Positions 14,176 to 27,907 of a stretch of DNA of 64,000 bases are shown here, in pieces (within the stretch, counting starts at the first letter, position 1; every line of letters begins with the position of its first letter). The translations under genes and the position numbers were made by a program. The notes under the pieces are model-generated. The model saw only the letters and a program-made list of their open reading frames with translations, was not told the DNA's origin and did no database searches. The stretch spans positions 27,218,001 to 27,282,000 of the forward strand of contig OZ024746.1 of NCBI GenBank assembly GCA_964016885.1, given 5' to 3'. This stretch comes from Eledone cirrhosa (lineage: Eukaryota).

Positions 14176-14257
14176 TCACCCGCTGATGAGCTAGAATTTT
14201 GGTATTCCTCTTCACAATTAATATTGCGAAACAGTATTATCAAAACTGTCCGGGTGA
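14176..14257 (+). ncRNA. Type I hammerhead ribozyme (family D)
   Basis: Stem I TCACCCG/CGGGTGA (7 bp); CTGATGA 14183-14189; GAAA 14228-14231; 5-bp stem III; GUC triplet 14248-14250. Confidence 0.9.
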
Positions 14258-14520
14258 TTGGTAGTTACCAGAATTCTGGTTTGTATTTATTTTTCTTGAT
14301 TTATTCTTAAATTGAGTCTGGCAAACCCTATTGTCTGTAGTTAGTATCCTTTTCACCTTAGCGAATCTGGTCCCTTACGACTTGAACACATAAATGTATA
14401 TGTCTGTGTTCGTTTTTCTTTTTTATTCAATTATATTATACGGCTCGGAAAAACGTCTTTCCTAGAGGTAATTTATTATTGTAAGAGACCATTTTGAGTT
14501 TCTAACTCAATACATGCCTT

Positions 14521-14560
<40 letters not shown>

Positions 14561-14562
<2 letters not shown>

Positions 14563-14655
14563 GCAAATTTAAGCTCGACGGGATTTGAACTCAGACCGTA
14601 AAGGGACGTAACTATGCTAGAAAGCATGGTGTCCAACCCTCTACCGATACTGCCG
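14561..14655 (-). mobile_element. SINE 5' fragment (main family)
   Basis: gggatttgaactcag...ctctaccgatactgcc. Confidence 0.75.
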
Positions 14656-14729
14656 TTAATAATAATTATTAGCATGCTTCTTTAAATAACATTCGAGACA
14701 CTTCAAAAAACACGTGTTCAGGAGAAAAA

Positions 14730-14796
<67 letters not shown>

Positions 14797-14804
14797 TATA
14801 TATT

Positions 14805-14835
<31 letters not shown>

Positions 14836-15997
14836 TTTTTTCTCTCTCTCTTTCCCTCTCAATCTCTCCTTGAATTTCTCACGCTCTTTCTCGCCTCTGA
14901 GAATTTTCACCCTCTCTCCCTCTCTTTCTCGCTTTAACCTTCTCCCCCCCCCCTCTCTCTCTTCCTACAGCGAAATGGACTTCATGCAAGGAGGAAATGC
15001 AAATAGAAGCCAACGAAATTGGACAAAGATAGAACTGGAGGTGATGATCAAAAGATAGAGTCTGGCTGATGGGTCACCGCCAGGCAAAATAATTGCGGAG
15101 ACTTTGAAGAGGCATGGCTTTCTGAGGATTTTGGCGCAAATAGAGAGGAAAAGGAGAGAAATTGAGAGGGCCTGTGCCCTCATAGCGCCACACATGGCCT
15201 TGCTAAGCTGTGTCTTCAAGGAGGAAGAAGACAGAGAAAAAGAAAAGGAAGAACATATAAACACTGACCACAAAGGGTCTACGGAGAGACAGAAGCAAAG
15301 AATCGCTGCTTTCACGGGATCTCCTGAAACTTTAATCTGTTCTTATAATAAATATTTGCTCTACGGGCTTATATATATATATATATAATCCTTATCGAGC
15401 CCTCTTCGGATTTTAGTCTTCACATTTATTATTACTATATTTATATATTGATTTTTTTTAGTTGCTTCTATTGACTGTTGAATAGCTCTGTTATATTTAA
15501 CCATTCTGTCGAGAGCTTTATTCGATTTGTGATATTCTGCATTCTCGCAATATTATACACAACTGAATTCATTCGCCTAATATAAGTGTTGCCTCCCTTG
15601 CTGAACTCCACGTGGGTTCAGTAATAGCCACACTTATGTATAGCATTGGAGCAAAAACCCGTTGATAACACGGCTTCCTTGTTCAATCATCTTACCAGAA
15701 GCCCAACATTCTTTATGTAGGCGGACAGTACCCGATTTTGGAGTCGCAGAAACCAATACTGGATTTTACCAACAGTCCAGGGTCCGGGTAAATTATCAAT
15801 CACATATATTTTTATTGTTTGACCCGAATTACTTGGTCGTTTGTTTTGGCTGTGCGGATGATATGTTAACCATCATCTCAGTGTGTTTGGCCCTTAACGT
15901 ATGTTGTAGCTCTGATTCACATGAATCATCGAGCGCTTGCCACACATATCGGACGTTGATTTTCGTTAATTCCTGAGCTGAAATACGATTCTCGCTA

Positions 15998-16047
<50 letters not shown>

Positions 16048-16486
16048 GTGTGTGTGTGTGGAAGCCACCCCGATTTCATCTAAATGTAATTACTAGTTGA
16101 ATAAAAAAGGATAATCAATTGATAAGATCTCAGACCTCATTCGCTTATCGAGTGGAGTGGAATTCGCCAAATCGGACCAAGAAAACAATGTTTCACTGAT
16201 ATTTCCATTGCTGGTACTATCTACCGCAATTCTTCGCAGTTGAATACATCGGATAAAATACTCCTAGAATTTGATAAGATTCGACATATCCACAGGCGTG
16301 ATTCAAACCACGCCATGGCCGTATGAAGGATGACAACATTTAACCATTACACCTTAATACCATAGTGCATCTAACCGATAATTACTGTCTATTAGAAACT
16401 TTGTTTACTCGACTTAGTCAATTAATCTATCTAGTTATCTGCATTGTGGAGGCTTACCAAAAGGCGAAGCAAATATAGTACACACA

Positions 16487-16555
<69 letters not shown>

Positions 16556-16593
16556 AGGAGGTTATAGTTCACTTGAAGCATTGTGTAATGAGG

Positions 16594-17033
16594 TATAAAC
16601 GCTAGAATATGTGTAATAAGGCCAAGACAATGCAGGTATGGACATAGAAAAAAGAATGCAATAGTGAAAGTGAATAGTGAATTCGTCTTTCACCTTGAAT
16701 TTATTTAGATGTCCTTAATTTTCGAGATAATATCTCTTCTTCGGAGGGAAGTAAAGGTCTCAAACCAGCGTCTTAAAATCTCTAATCAATCCATGCTGAC
16801 CGGAAATAGTATATACTATTTCCGGTCAGCATGGCTTGATTAGAGATTTTAAGACGCTGGTTTGAGACCTTTACTTCCCTCCGAAGAAGAGATATTATCT
16901 CGAAAATTAAGGACATCTAAATAAATTCAAGGTGAAAGACGAATTCACATCAATATCTTTCACTATTGCATTCTTTTTTCTATGTCCATACCTGCATTGT
17001 CTTGGCCTTATTACACATATTCTAACGTTTATA
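16594..17033. mobile_element. Spacerless palindromic element, family E, in (TA)n
   Basis: ~220-bp arms with centre at 16812/16813; HHR-like CCGAAGA-AGAGATATTATCTC-GAAA-ATTA at 16877-16913 (+) and 16712-16748 (-). Confidence 0.8.
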
Positions 17034-17235
17034 TATATATATATATATATATACATCAAATAGTTCCGTGGTTATATTCACTTCAGTTGTAACTGTCCGA
17101 TTTTTTCTGTCTCCAGGGTTAATTTGCCCTAATTATTTCAACTATTATTATAGTTATTTACATTATAACAATTACAGTTTCAAATTTCAAGTTGTGCAAT
17201 GCTTCGTATGTCAACCAGTCACATTTACATGCACG

Positions 17236-17342
<107 letters not shown>

Positions 17343-17475
17343 GCACGCACGCACGCACACATACATACAGACATATATGCCTGCATACATGCCCTGTATA
17401 TGATTTACAGCGTCTATCCACCACACACAACTCACACCAACTTCTGTATATTATATATACACAAATTGCGAAAAG

Positions 17476-17662
17476 GTGGTGGATTGGCAGTATCGGTAGA
17501 AGGTTGGACGCCATGCTTTGACGCATAGAGTTACGGCCCTTGCCATTCTGAGTTCAAATCCCGCCGAGGTTAACTTTGCCTTTCATCCTTACGGGGTCGA
17601 TAAAATAAAGTATCAGTAATGCACTGGGTAATTGCTGGCCTTGTGCCAAACGTAGAAACAAT
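17476..17662 (+). mobile_element. tRNA-derived SINE (main family)
   Basis: Full match to consensus. Confidence 0.9.
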
Positions 17663-17794
17663 TATATATACACAAATTCAAAAATATACAGTTACACAAA
17701 CTATACACAAGGCATGTATTAGCGATTGCAGGCCAACAGAAACTAACACGTATAACAAATTATATATACAACATATAAAACATTAAATATTCAC

Positions 17795-17841
<47 letters not shown>

Positions 17842-17969
17842 ATATATATATATATTATAGGTGAATATTTAATGTTTTATATGTTATATATACACACATA
17901 TATATATAAAAGAAAATTTCGTTCTACATGGCTGAATACAATAAATGTAATGAGTTTTTCGAATATTAA

Positions 17970-18146
17970 TAATTGTTTCTACTTTTAACACAAGGCCAAC
18001 AATTACCCAGTGTATTACTGGTACTTTATTTTTATCGACCCCGTAAGGATGAAAGGCAAAGTTAACCTCGGCGGGATTTGAACTCAGAATGGCAAGGGCC
18101 GTAACTCTATGCGTCAAAGCATGGCGCCCGATACTGCCAATCCACC
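17970..18146 (-). mobile_element. tRNA-derived SINE (main family)
   Basis: Reverse match with small deletion; forms an inverted pair with 17476-17662. Confidence 0.88.
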
Positions 18147-18303
18147 AATAACATTCGATTCGTTTGCAATCATACAAACAAACCTCAATTTTATGGCCAT
18201 GTCAGTAGAATGAACACTTCATTCTTGCTCTTATGTTAGCATGCGAACAGAACTGCAGACACTAATGTTTCTGGGTATCACCCTTCATCAGTACAGCTCA
18301 CTG

Positions 18304-18385
<82 letters not shown>

Positions 18386-18397
18386 CATATATATATA

Positions 18398-18532
18398 ACA
18401 AAGGAATTGTGGTAAGGAACCAGATTGACCATAACGCACCAGAGTACTCAGTAATTAGGGTAGCAGAGTGGGAAATAGGAAAAAGTATGACCCCGACGGC
18501 AGAGCTCAAGCCGTTTCGACGGCTATTTCTGG
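18398..18532. mobile_element. Family H element, single arm
   Basis: Matches 2192-2328; (TA)n both sides. Confidence 0.72.
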
Positions 18533-18625
18533 ACGCATATATATATATATTTATATATAAATATAAATATATATATATATATTATATATAAATATATATG
18601 TTATATATATATATGTTATATATAT

Positions 18626-18680
<55 letters not shown>

Positions 18681-19837
18681 CCAAAATTCATATATATATA
18701 TATATATATACATCACCAAAATTCCACGTTCAGAACTATTTTTAATTTATAATATCCATTTAAACCTTCAAAGTGATCCTATTTTTAAAAAAATTTAATT
18801 GTAAATTTTTTAATATTTTTAATATTTTAAATATTTTTTAATATTTTTTAATATTTTTAATATTTTTAATATTTCAAAATGTTTTAATACCTCTAATATA
18901 TATATTTAATATTTTAATTTCCTACATTATTTTAATTCTGACCTTATTTTTGTAAGGACACCCCTATAAATATATTTTTAGATGTAGATTGATAATCTTT
19001 AAATGACATTCTGAAAATATATCCTCTTTACGATAGTTCTTCGAAAAACACATTACATTTTTCCTCTCTCTTTTTGTTATTCAAACATTCACACATCTTT
19101 CGACTAAAATAATGGATCTCACACAAAATAATATATAATTTTTCTCTAATTTAAATGGTTAACAAACAAAATTGGAGTTATCTTTCCTTTCGCAATCGTG
19201 TAAACATAAACATCAATCGTGCAAACTTAAGCATTTTACGTTTGATAATCCGTATAGCTTCGCTAAATTAGCAATATTCTGAAAACATTCTCAATGTTAA
19301 ACAAAACTTTTGAATCCACAAATTGTTCTACTCTCACAACTTGAACCACCTATTTTTAAAGTAAAATACAAATTCAACTTCCTTCGTAACTCATAATTGA
19401 TATATAAACAACTAATACATAAGCAATTTATTAATATATATATAGATATTTATATACATATAACCTATCCTAATGTAATAAGATAAAAATACTTACAACC
19501 ACAATTCTTCATATAATTCTAATTGATTATATATACAATATTATAACTCATAATATAGGTAAATAAATCTTTTCCCCCAAATTAACGTAAATACTAGCCC
19601 TTCTTCCTTTCTCTTCTTTGCTACGCATACAATAACTTATCATAATTATTTAAATTTTCCATAACGTCTAAAATAACGTTTTTTCAGCCCTTTTACATAA
19701 ATCTCATTTGCATACTCATCTTAATAATTTGAAATATCTGACTTTTCTTTCTTCTCTTCCCTTCACTATCCAGGGATAACTTGAACCGTTAAGGTATATT
19801 ATCCTTGGTTATGTCAAAATTTATAAAACACACTTCG

Positions 19838-19899
19838 TATTTTATCTGATGATAGCGTACCAAAATTTTTGGTACCCTTGAAATATATATAATAGAATA
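19838..19899 (+). ncRNA. Type I hammerhead ribozyme motif (family A)
   Basis: Stem I TATTTTAT/ATAGAATA (8 bp); CTGATGA 19846-19852; stem II with GTACCAA/TTGGTAC; GAAA 19880-19883; TATATA; AUA triplet. Confidence 0.82.
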
Positions 19900-20045
19900 A
19901 ATATGGCAAATAAGCGAGAAAGTAAGTGTTGGTAAAATCCAGTACTTCAGTATGCGGATAGGGAGCACTCAACGAAGATATAAATTCCGGAGTTATTATA
20001 GTGACGAAACATAAGTCAATTGCATGAACTCATAATCCTTTATTT

Positions 20046-20101
20046 ACTGCTATATATATTTCGATGATAGCCATTGAATGGCTATGACCTCATCAGGCAG
20101 T
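20046..20101 (-). ncRNA. Type I hammerhead ribozyme (family B)
   Basis: ACTGC-CTGATGA-GGTCATAGCCATTCAATGGCTATCATC-GAAA-TATATA-TA-GCAGT on reverse strand. Confidence 0.88.
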
Positions 20102-21385
20102 TAGTCAGTTCTTAGATATGCCAGCTCTGTTTTTATAGTGTTGATGGTATCAGAGCCTTGGGACATATGAGCTTGTTAGGAATAAATTAATGTTGTCAGC
20201 AGGAATAGTCTTGATTCTCATTGGTCAGTTTGTAGATGGCAGACACCTAACGACGGGAACTTTCCTCAAGCTATATGGATAAACCCCGGTACGGCCTCCC
20301 ACAACGCCTCCCCCCTGTAGGTCCCCTACACCCCGTACCAATGACCATTGGACAACAACAACCACCCATAGTTTGTGGTCCCTATGGTGGATGATCCACC
20401 GGATCCTCTACTGGTTAGGAGTCATCTAAACCACGTTTTATTGAACCTGATTTTATATATATTTATGTATGTATCATGTGTATATTTATGTATATTTTAT
20501 GTGTGTATATATGTGTACTTTATATATATGTATGTATATATATGTATATATTTTATATGTATATGTATATGTGTGTGTATTTTATATATATATATGTATG
20601 TATGGTTTATGTGTGTATATATTTTATGTATGTGTGTATTTTACGTATATATATATTTTTTAATATTTTTATATGTATATATTTTATATATATGTATGTT
20701 CTGTGTATATATGTATATATTTTATATATATATATGTATGCTTGTGCGTACATACATGCATACGTGTATATATATGCACACCTGTATGGATTTGTGTGTG
20801 TAGATGTGTGAGTGTCTGAGGGGGTAGGTGTGAGTGTATGTACAAGTCAACCAGCATAAACCTTTTATTTCTAAATTTTCTAACCTATCTAAGTATTGGA
20901 CTCTAACCATTATATTAAGTATTACCACCCAACATTTTGTATGTGTGGATGTGTGTGTGTGTGTCTGTGGAGGTGGGTGTGAGTGTAGTGCAAGCCAACC
21001 TACATAAGTCTTTTTATTTGTAAATTTTCTACTCCAACCATAAATTTCAGTAGCACCACTCCACATAAATTCCTCAATTTAAGAATGACCTGTAGTATCT
21101 ATTCATACTATTAACATTAATTGAATATATATCTGACCAGGAATGCCTTTTATGAAAATCAGTCATATGGAACTATTGTCATCTTGCCTGATGGTTTGAA
21201 CTTTACAAAACCACCTGCCTCTTTGAGGTCAAATACCAACCCTACTACCATCTACAAACTGACCAATGAGAATCAAGACTATTCCTGCTGACAACATTAA
21301 TTTATTCCTAACAAGCTCATATGTCCCAAGGCTCTGATACCATCAACACTATAAACACAGAGCTGGCATATCTAAGAACTGACTA

Positions 21386-21441
21386 ACTGCCTGATGAGGT
21401 CATAGTCATTCAATGGCTATCATCGAAATATATATAGCAGT
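21386..21441 (+). ncRNA. Type I hammerhead ribozyme (family B)
   Basis: Stem I ACTGC/GCAGT; CTGATGA 21391-21397; long stem II; GAAA 21425-21428; AUA triplet. Confidence 0.88.
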
Positions 21442-21482
21442 AAATAAAGGATTATAAGTTCATGCAATTGACTTATGTTTCG

Positions 21483-21540
<58 letters not shown>

Positions 21541-21574
21541 TAAGTATGTTTTGAAACAGTAAGCGAGTTTGAAA

Positions 21575-21897
<323 letters not shown>

Positions 21898-22211
21898 ATA
21901 TATATATGGAATATATATAATATAAAATATGTATAAAACATATAAATGTCATCTTATAAGTTACTTACACTGTCGTCTGACAGCATTTCTCCTCTGCCTC
22001 CACTCTGCTTCTTGCCTCTCACGATTAATAATAAACATTGTTTTGTTAGTTAGATATCAAGCACCTTTTGACTAGTGTATTTTCATATACAATTATTTTG
22101 TCAATGATATCTCCCGCTGTCATCAGCTGCCATGTTTTACACACAATATTATTTTTCTGTCAGGTCCAGGCACGACTCTGTATACGCACACATATCACAT
22201 AAGTGTATCAG

Positions 22212-22243
<32 letters not shown>

Positions 22244-22528
22244 TCTCTCTCTCATTGTCGAAATGTCACGCACGAGATTTAATTATTAACACTGTCACAT
22301 TACAAAAGATTGGCTTTTCTGAATGGCTTTCGACTGGCAATAATATGCGTTAAATTTCCTCTAGGAATTCCTTTAACTGTAGTTAGGCTTCCTAAATTTA
22401 AAATGAAAGTTTTTTGTCATTATTGAAATATGAAAAAAAGAAATAGCAAAAAAGCAACAACAAAATAGCTTAGAATGTACTGTCTTGAATAACCAAGTCA
22501 TATGCTTAACAATATTAAATATATGGCG

Positions 22529-22698
22529 TTGTTGTTGTTGTTGTTGTTGCTCTTCTTCTTCTTCTTCTTCTTCTTCTTCTTCTTCTTCTTCTTCTTCTTC
22601 TTCTTCTTCTTCTTCTTCTTCTTCTTCTTCTTCTTCTTCTTCTTCTTCTTCTTCTTCTTCTTCTTCTTCTTCTTCTTCTTCTTCTTCTTCTTCTTCTT
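22529..22698. repeat. (TTG)n followed by (TTC)n microsatellite
   Basis: Direct observation. Confidence 0.95.
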
Positions 22699-23709
22699 TA
22701 TATTAAATATATGGCATTCTGCGTTTTACTTATCATTGCACGAGACTTGAAATGAGTTAGAAAAGAGAGTTAGTAACCATCTTGAATTGGGAAGTCTCAT
22801 ACATGCTTAACAATATTAAATATATAGCACTCATTTTATTAATTCTCGTATCTCCTATCTTAGATTTCGTTTTGTCTACTATTGTATAATTGTGACATAT
22901 ATACAAATGAAACCATTAATTTTGAAATGTTTTACCAATACTTGGATCTTTTGTAATATTCCCCCACCATAATCTTAACTAGATTTCAATTTCCATCTAA
23001 CTTAACAAAAGGATGACAAGATGCTTCTAAATTTATTGTTTTCTATTTTCCTTGTCGACATTAGTTTAACGTTGGTGTACATTCTTGTCCACTGAAGTAT
23101 TCGTTTATCTATATATTAAGAATTTACACATGACCTGTTAGACTTAATATATTTCTCAAGAATGAGAGTTTGATTTTCTATACATTTGGAAGACAATTAA
23201 TTGAAATACATCATCGTTCTTACATATAACACATACAGAGAAATAGGTTCACAATATACTTCAAATTATATTTGCAAGTCTGAAACTGCTGTAAAGGAAT
23301 AATAAATAATAAGCGAAATCGCTGTTATTATCTTTTAGATCCAAAATTGTAGCTCATACACAAAGTTATTATCAATTAGTAAATCATCTCCGAGCTAAAA
23401 TCATAGTCAATAAATTCGTTTATAATACCATAATAACAGTAAGAAAAAAAAAGAAAAAGAAAGAAAAAAAGAAAAATAGGTAGGAAGAAATGAGGAGGTG
23501 AAACTCTACACCCTTAGCTAGAGGTTATATGGCAGCTGCTCAGTAATGTACCCACCTGATGTCTGTGTCTTAAGCGGACTCCTAGCTGGCATAAAGGTAG
23601 TGCCTGTCTTGAAGACACTAGTTGTCCGGACCAATTAGAATACAGGAAACAATGATTCCTGGACAGAATTGGTAAATGATGGATGTAAGATCAACTGCAT
23701 AATGAAACA

Positions 23710-23975
23710 ATGTGGAGACGCGTTCGTCTCATGATCGTATGGTCGTGAGTTCGATTTCCGGTTGTGCGTTGTATCCGAAAGCAAGACACTCATGCTGCTC
23801 CAGTCTTGTTCTAATGATTCAAAGGATCAGTTTGTCACAGACCGTGTCACGCTCAATTTCTCTGAGAACTAGGATAAGGGTACTCGTGTCCGTGGTATAT
23901 CAAGCTACTTACACGTTGATTTCATGAGAACACAGTCTCGTCGATCGAACAATTGGAACACTCATCGTAGAAACC
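23710..23975 (+). mobile_element. Second tRNA-derived SINE family, diverged copy
   Basis: B-box gagttcgatttcc; body gtcacgct.aat.tc.ctgagaac shared with 55220-55505 and fragments near 3440, 9870, 36790, 37090, 39590. Confidence 0.65.
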
Positions 23976-25175
23976 CTTAAAACAGAACGAAGTCTACTGA
24001 ATGGGGAAAATGTAAAATTATTTCGCTTGTTAATAGTAAATGTTAATTCGGGGTTTTATATTGAAAATGAAATTGTTCCATCTTCATCTCCTCACGCACA
24101 CATACACACATACACACATACGCACATACACACATACATACGCACACACACGCTCACACAAAGAAAAAAAACTTATACAGACACACACGTACATACACAC
24201 ATACATACACTCTGTCACACACACAAAGGCGAAACAACTCATACAGACAAATACACACAGAGGGCTCGAACAGGATACCTTGTGACTGTGAAGTAGATTT
24301 CTTAACGTTTCAGTTAAGCTACATCCATTATCTAATTCCATTCGTTCAATTTTTCAGTTGTTATTTATTTTTCATCGTTTCATCCCAGTCAGCGTTTACC
24401 TTCCCAATAAACCTCACAACCTTTTCTCTTCCTACATATCCCCCATACACACACATTATTTTCGTCTAATGTGCACACATGTATGTTTTCATTGTTTTAG
24501 TTTAGTATTTTCACAGTAATGTCATCTGGGTTACGCTATTTTCTTTTCAATTTGTCATGTTTTCTCTCTACTATGTTAGCTATTATTTTACAGATTTTCC
24601 AATGATTGCATATATCGATTCCAAGTTAATTAGAATAGCTGAAGGATGCCACTTTCTCTACCAGAAATTTGATGAAACTGACTGATCAGGAACATTAGAT
24701 AAAAATCTATCATGGGTTTCTTTCTTTAAGAATGTTAGCAGGTCACCATATTCAGGTGTCGATAACATGAAGATAATTTAACAGATGAAAAACTCTAAAT
24801 GCAAAACTATTCTAATACAATGCCTTCTCAAAATTATATCATCAAGTGAACATTTTTGTTATATATTTTCAGTTGATGATATATGCTAAATATTAAATTT
24901 GGTTTATCAAATTATACCAATATAAATATTGGTGGTCAGATGATTTCGATCCGTTCCGCTAACTGTGATGTGATTGTCCGGTCTACCAAAGAGGCGTTGT
25001 TCAATTTGCCTCAATCAAGCTTAGTTTTATCAGTATGAAAATATTAAACATTTATAGACACACACACATACACACAAACCACTGTGTACACACACACATA
25101 CATACACACATATATATATATACACACACATACACACACATATATATATATATACACACAGACCACCGTGTACAC

Positions 25176-25207
<32 letters not shown>

Positions 25208-25619
25208 GTGTGTGTGTGTACAATGGTCTAGCTAGGAGTTAGGGCTCTAGGGATTAGAGCTGTACTTTGTAATTTAAATGGTTAACTAAAGTTGGCGACA
25301 AAACTTTGAAAATAATCCTCTTTGGGAAGTAAGGGAAGGAAGTTTGGAAATCGATAATCGATTAAACTCAAGACCAAAGTACCCCGGAGAATAAACATCA
25401 TTCATCGATCTGTAGTTGAGAAAATAATAAAGAATCTCACGTGATCATTTTCGATATGTAACAGAAGTTTAAAACGATAATATATACCCATATTATCGAT
25501 AATTCTACATCATTATATACGCAAGCTTTATCCGTCGCCAGGGGAATTTGCTCGAGATGTTCGATTATTTCGTGGTTAATATATGAATAGTGGCAGCTAT
25601 CCACGATAAGACCGTGTTA

Positions 25620-25662
<43 letters not shown>

Positions 25663-25931
25663 TTCGATTTTGAGTTTGTTTTGCAAGAGATTTCTTATCT
25701 GAAAACGTGTGTTGAAACAGATATTGTTATACTTTGGGAGGGTCATACTGCCAATAAAAACACAAAAGCTGTTAGTTTTCACTTCAATTTATTTTGAATT
25801 TCCGGTTGGTTTGTTCAATAATCGGACGATTGTTTATATATTGTCAAGGCTCTTTCGTCACAGAGATTGTTTCTTATTTTGTGTCTCTTTCTTCTTTCTT
25901 CTGTCCTACACCATCTTGTTTTGGTGTGCTT

Positions 25932-26010
<79 letters not shown>

Positions 26011-26093
26011 GTATTTGTGTGTACATGTGTGTGTATGTATATACATGTATAAGAAAAAGAGAACAGCTAAATATGGTATTCAATACATGTGTA

Positions 26094-26259
26094 ATAATTG
26101 TTTCTACTTTTGGCACAAGGCCAGCAATTATCCAGTGTATTACTGGTACTTTATTTTATCGACCCCGTAAGGATGAAAGGCAAAGTTAACCTCGGCGGGA
26201 TTTGAACTCAGAATAGCAAGGGCCGTAACTCTATGCGTGAAAGCATGGCGTCCGACCCT
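26094..26259 (-). mobile_element. tRNA-derived SINE (main family)
   Basis: Reverse match to consensus. Confidence 0.88.
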
Positions 26260-26622
26260 ATGTGTAATAATATATTTAATATAAAAAGGATCTTTCTATG
26301 AATAGAATTGGATGGTTTGAAATAAATAAAACAGTTCTAGTCCTGTAGAACTCATTTCTATATGAAATAAATTATATATATAAAGGTGGTTATAGTCATA
26401 CAAGTTTAATGGCAAGATCTTTCAAAAGAGCAGCGAAAGTATTTCTTGAAAATAAAACTTAATGATAAAATACAATTGCAATCAAACATGTACATTCCGA
26501 GTTGATAGGTTTAGAGAAAGCAGGTGACTAACGAATGACGAATGATATATGCAGCAGAGGCTATAGTTGTAAATGGACAGTTACTGAAATCTCTCTCAAT
26601 ACATACATACATACATACATAC

Positions 26623-27231
26623 ATGGTGGCTGCCAACTCGTTTTCTAGTACGGCCACTACTTTATATTCATGTAAGAGAACCCCTCCCGATGCGCTGAAC
26701 GAGTGTGACTTTTCAGTCAAGCCAGTGACTTGAAAACTCTGGTACAAACACTACACTTGTGACAATTATTGACACATAGTGCTGGGCCCATGGTACCATG
26801 TGACGACAATTGCAGAGAGATCTCCAGATATAAAGCAATGCCTGTGCCGTGAAGCTTTTATAGTGAGCAAAGGCTCTGCACAAAGCCAGTCCCACTCTCT
26901 TAACCAAGATGATATTTACCAAAAAGAAGAACAAGTCAACATCGTTGGATACCATCAGGGTTGCAGGTGTTATATCAGAGTTTTCCTTCTCCTAGAATTC
27001 TGCCTTGACAAAAGCTAAGGGGTCATCTCTCCCGGTGATTTTGGATGGCCATTGACTCTTAAGAGCTCCTTTGGCCTTTGACAGGTTTTGTTTTTAGTCC
27101 TGCAGGATGTCCAAAGTCACCCTCCTCACCAAGAAACCTTGGTGGGGTTGCCAGTTTAGTCGCCAACGACCCGACTATGAGACAGGTTGTACTGGGATAC
27201 ATGTTACCAGTAGCACCAACTGGTGACCTGA
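26623..27231 (-). mobile_element. Non-autonomous RTE-related retroelement, longest copy (~610 bp)
   Basis: Contains RTE-5'UTR-like ctaggagaaggaaaactctga; (ATAC)n flanks; 5' part similar to 57688-57875. Confidence 0.65.
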
Positions 27232-27907
27232 CATACATATATACATACATGCATACATACATGCATACATACATACACACACATACATACAATACATACA
27301 TACATGATGATGGCTACAACTCGATTTCGAGTAGAGCCATCGCTTGATACTTAAACACGAGCATTACAGACGTGACTTTTTTTTGTCATGATCGGAAGAT
27401 TCCTATGGCCAGCAAAGCCATGCATCGCAAATATTCAATGTCACATATCAAGCGATGCCTATGCTTGAAGCTTGAAAATTGCATTCGGGAATTGCTCCTA
27501 ATACAACAGTGGTTTTACAGGCAGTCCCCAAATCGAATTTTCAATTTTCAATTTCCTATTCTCTTTTCCTTATCTTCCATATATTTGGGTTCGATGTAAC
27601 CCTGTTACGTAATTCGGTCGAAGTTGCCTGATGAGATAATCCTGTCTTGCATCATATTTGGATGATGGAACTGGGCCATCTAAATACGTATAGTGATTTC
27701 ACAGAATTAAAATTTTAAAGCATATTTTCCAGTCCGCCCTTCTATTGTCGTTTAATAAATACTTTACCCCAATTGTGCACCACTGGATACTACATCTACG
27801 ATGGATGGCCTGCATAACGTTGAGTGCTTTGATTGATTTGTTACATCATGATTTGCATACCCAAACCACTTTGCTATATATATGTATATATATATACATA
27901 TATACCA

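Larger units (their letters stand above)
13721..14432. mobile_element. Fold-back HHR element, family D (arms ~13721-14022 and ~14131-14432)
   Basis: ~300-bp inverted arms with ~108-bp spacer, between TA tracts. Confidence 0.85.
19905..21490. mobile_element. Fold-back HHR element, family B (arms ~19998-20239 and ~21248-21490, ~1-kb spacer)
   Basis: ~243-bp near-perfect inverted arms; left arm extends ~90 bp further out; right end abuts (TA)n. Confidence 0.85.

Noticed and set aside
15355-15420. CCGAAGA-GGGCT...AGCCC hammerhead-like start (related copy near 51010)
   Set aside because: No GAAA or NUH in the required position.
27145-27231. HDV-like ribozyme at the RTE-related 5' end (GG, P4, CTAA, ACTGG pairing with CCAGT)
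   Set aside because: P2, P4 and J4/2 look plausible but P1 and a proper-length L3 could not be built by eye; needs a descriptor search.
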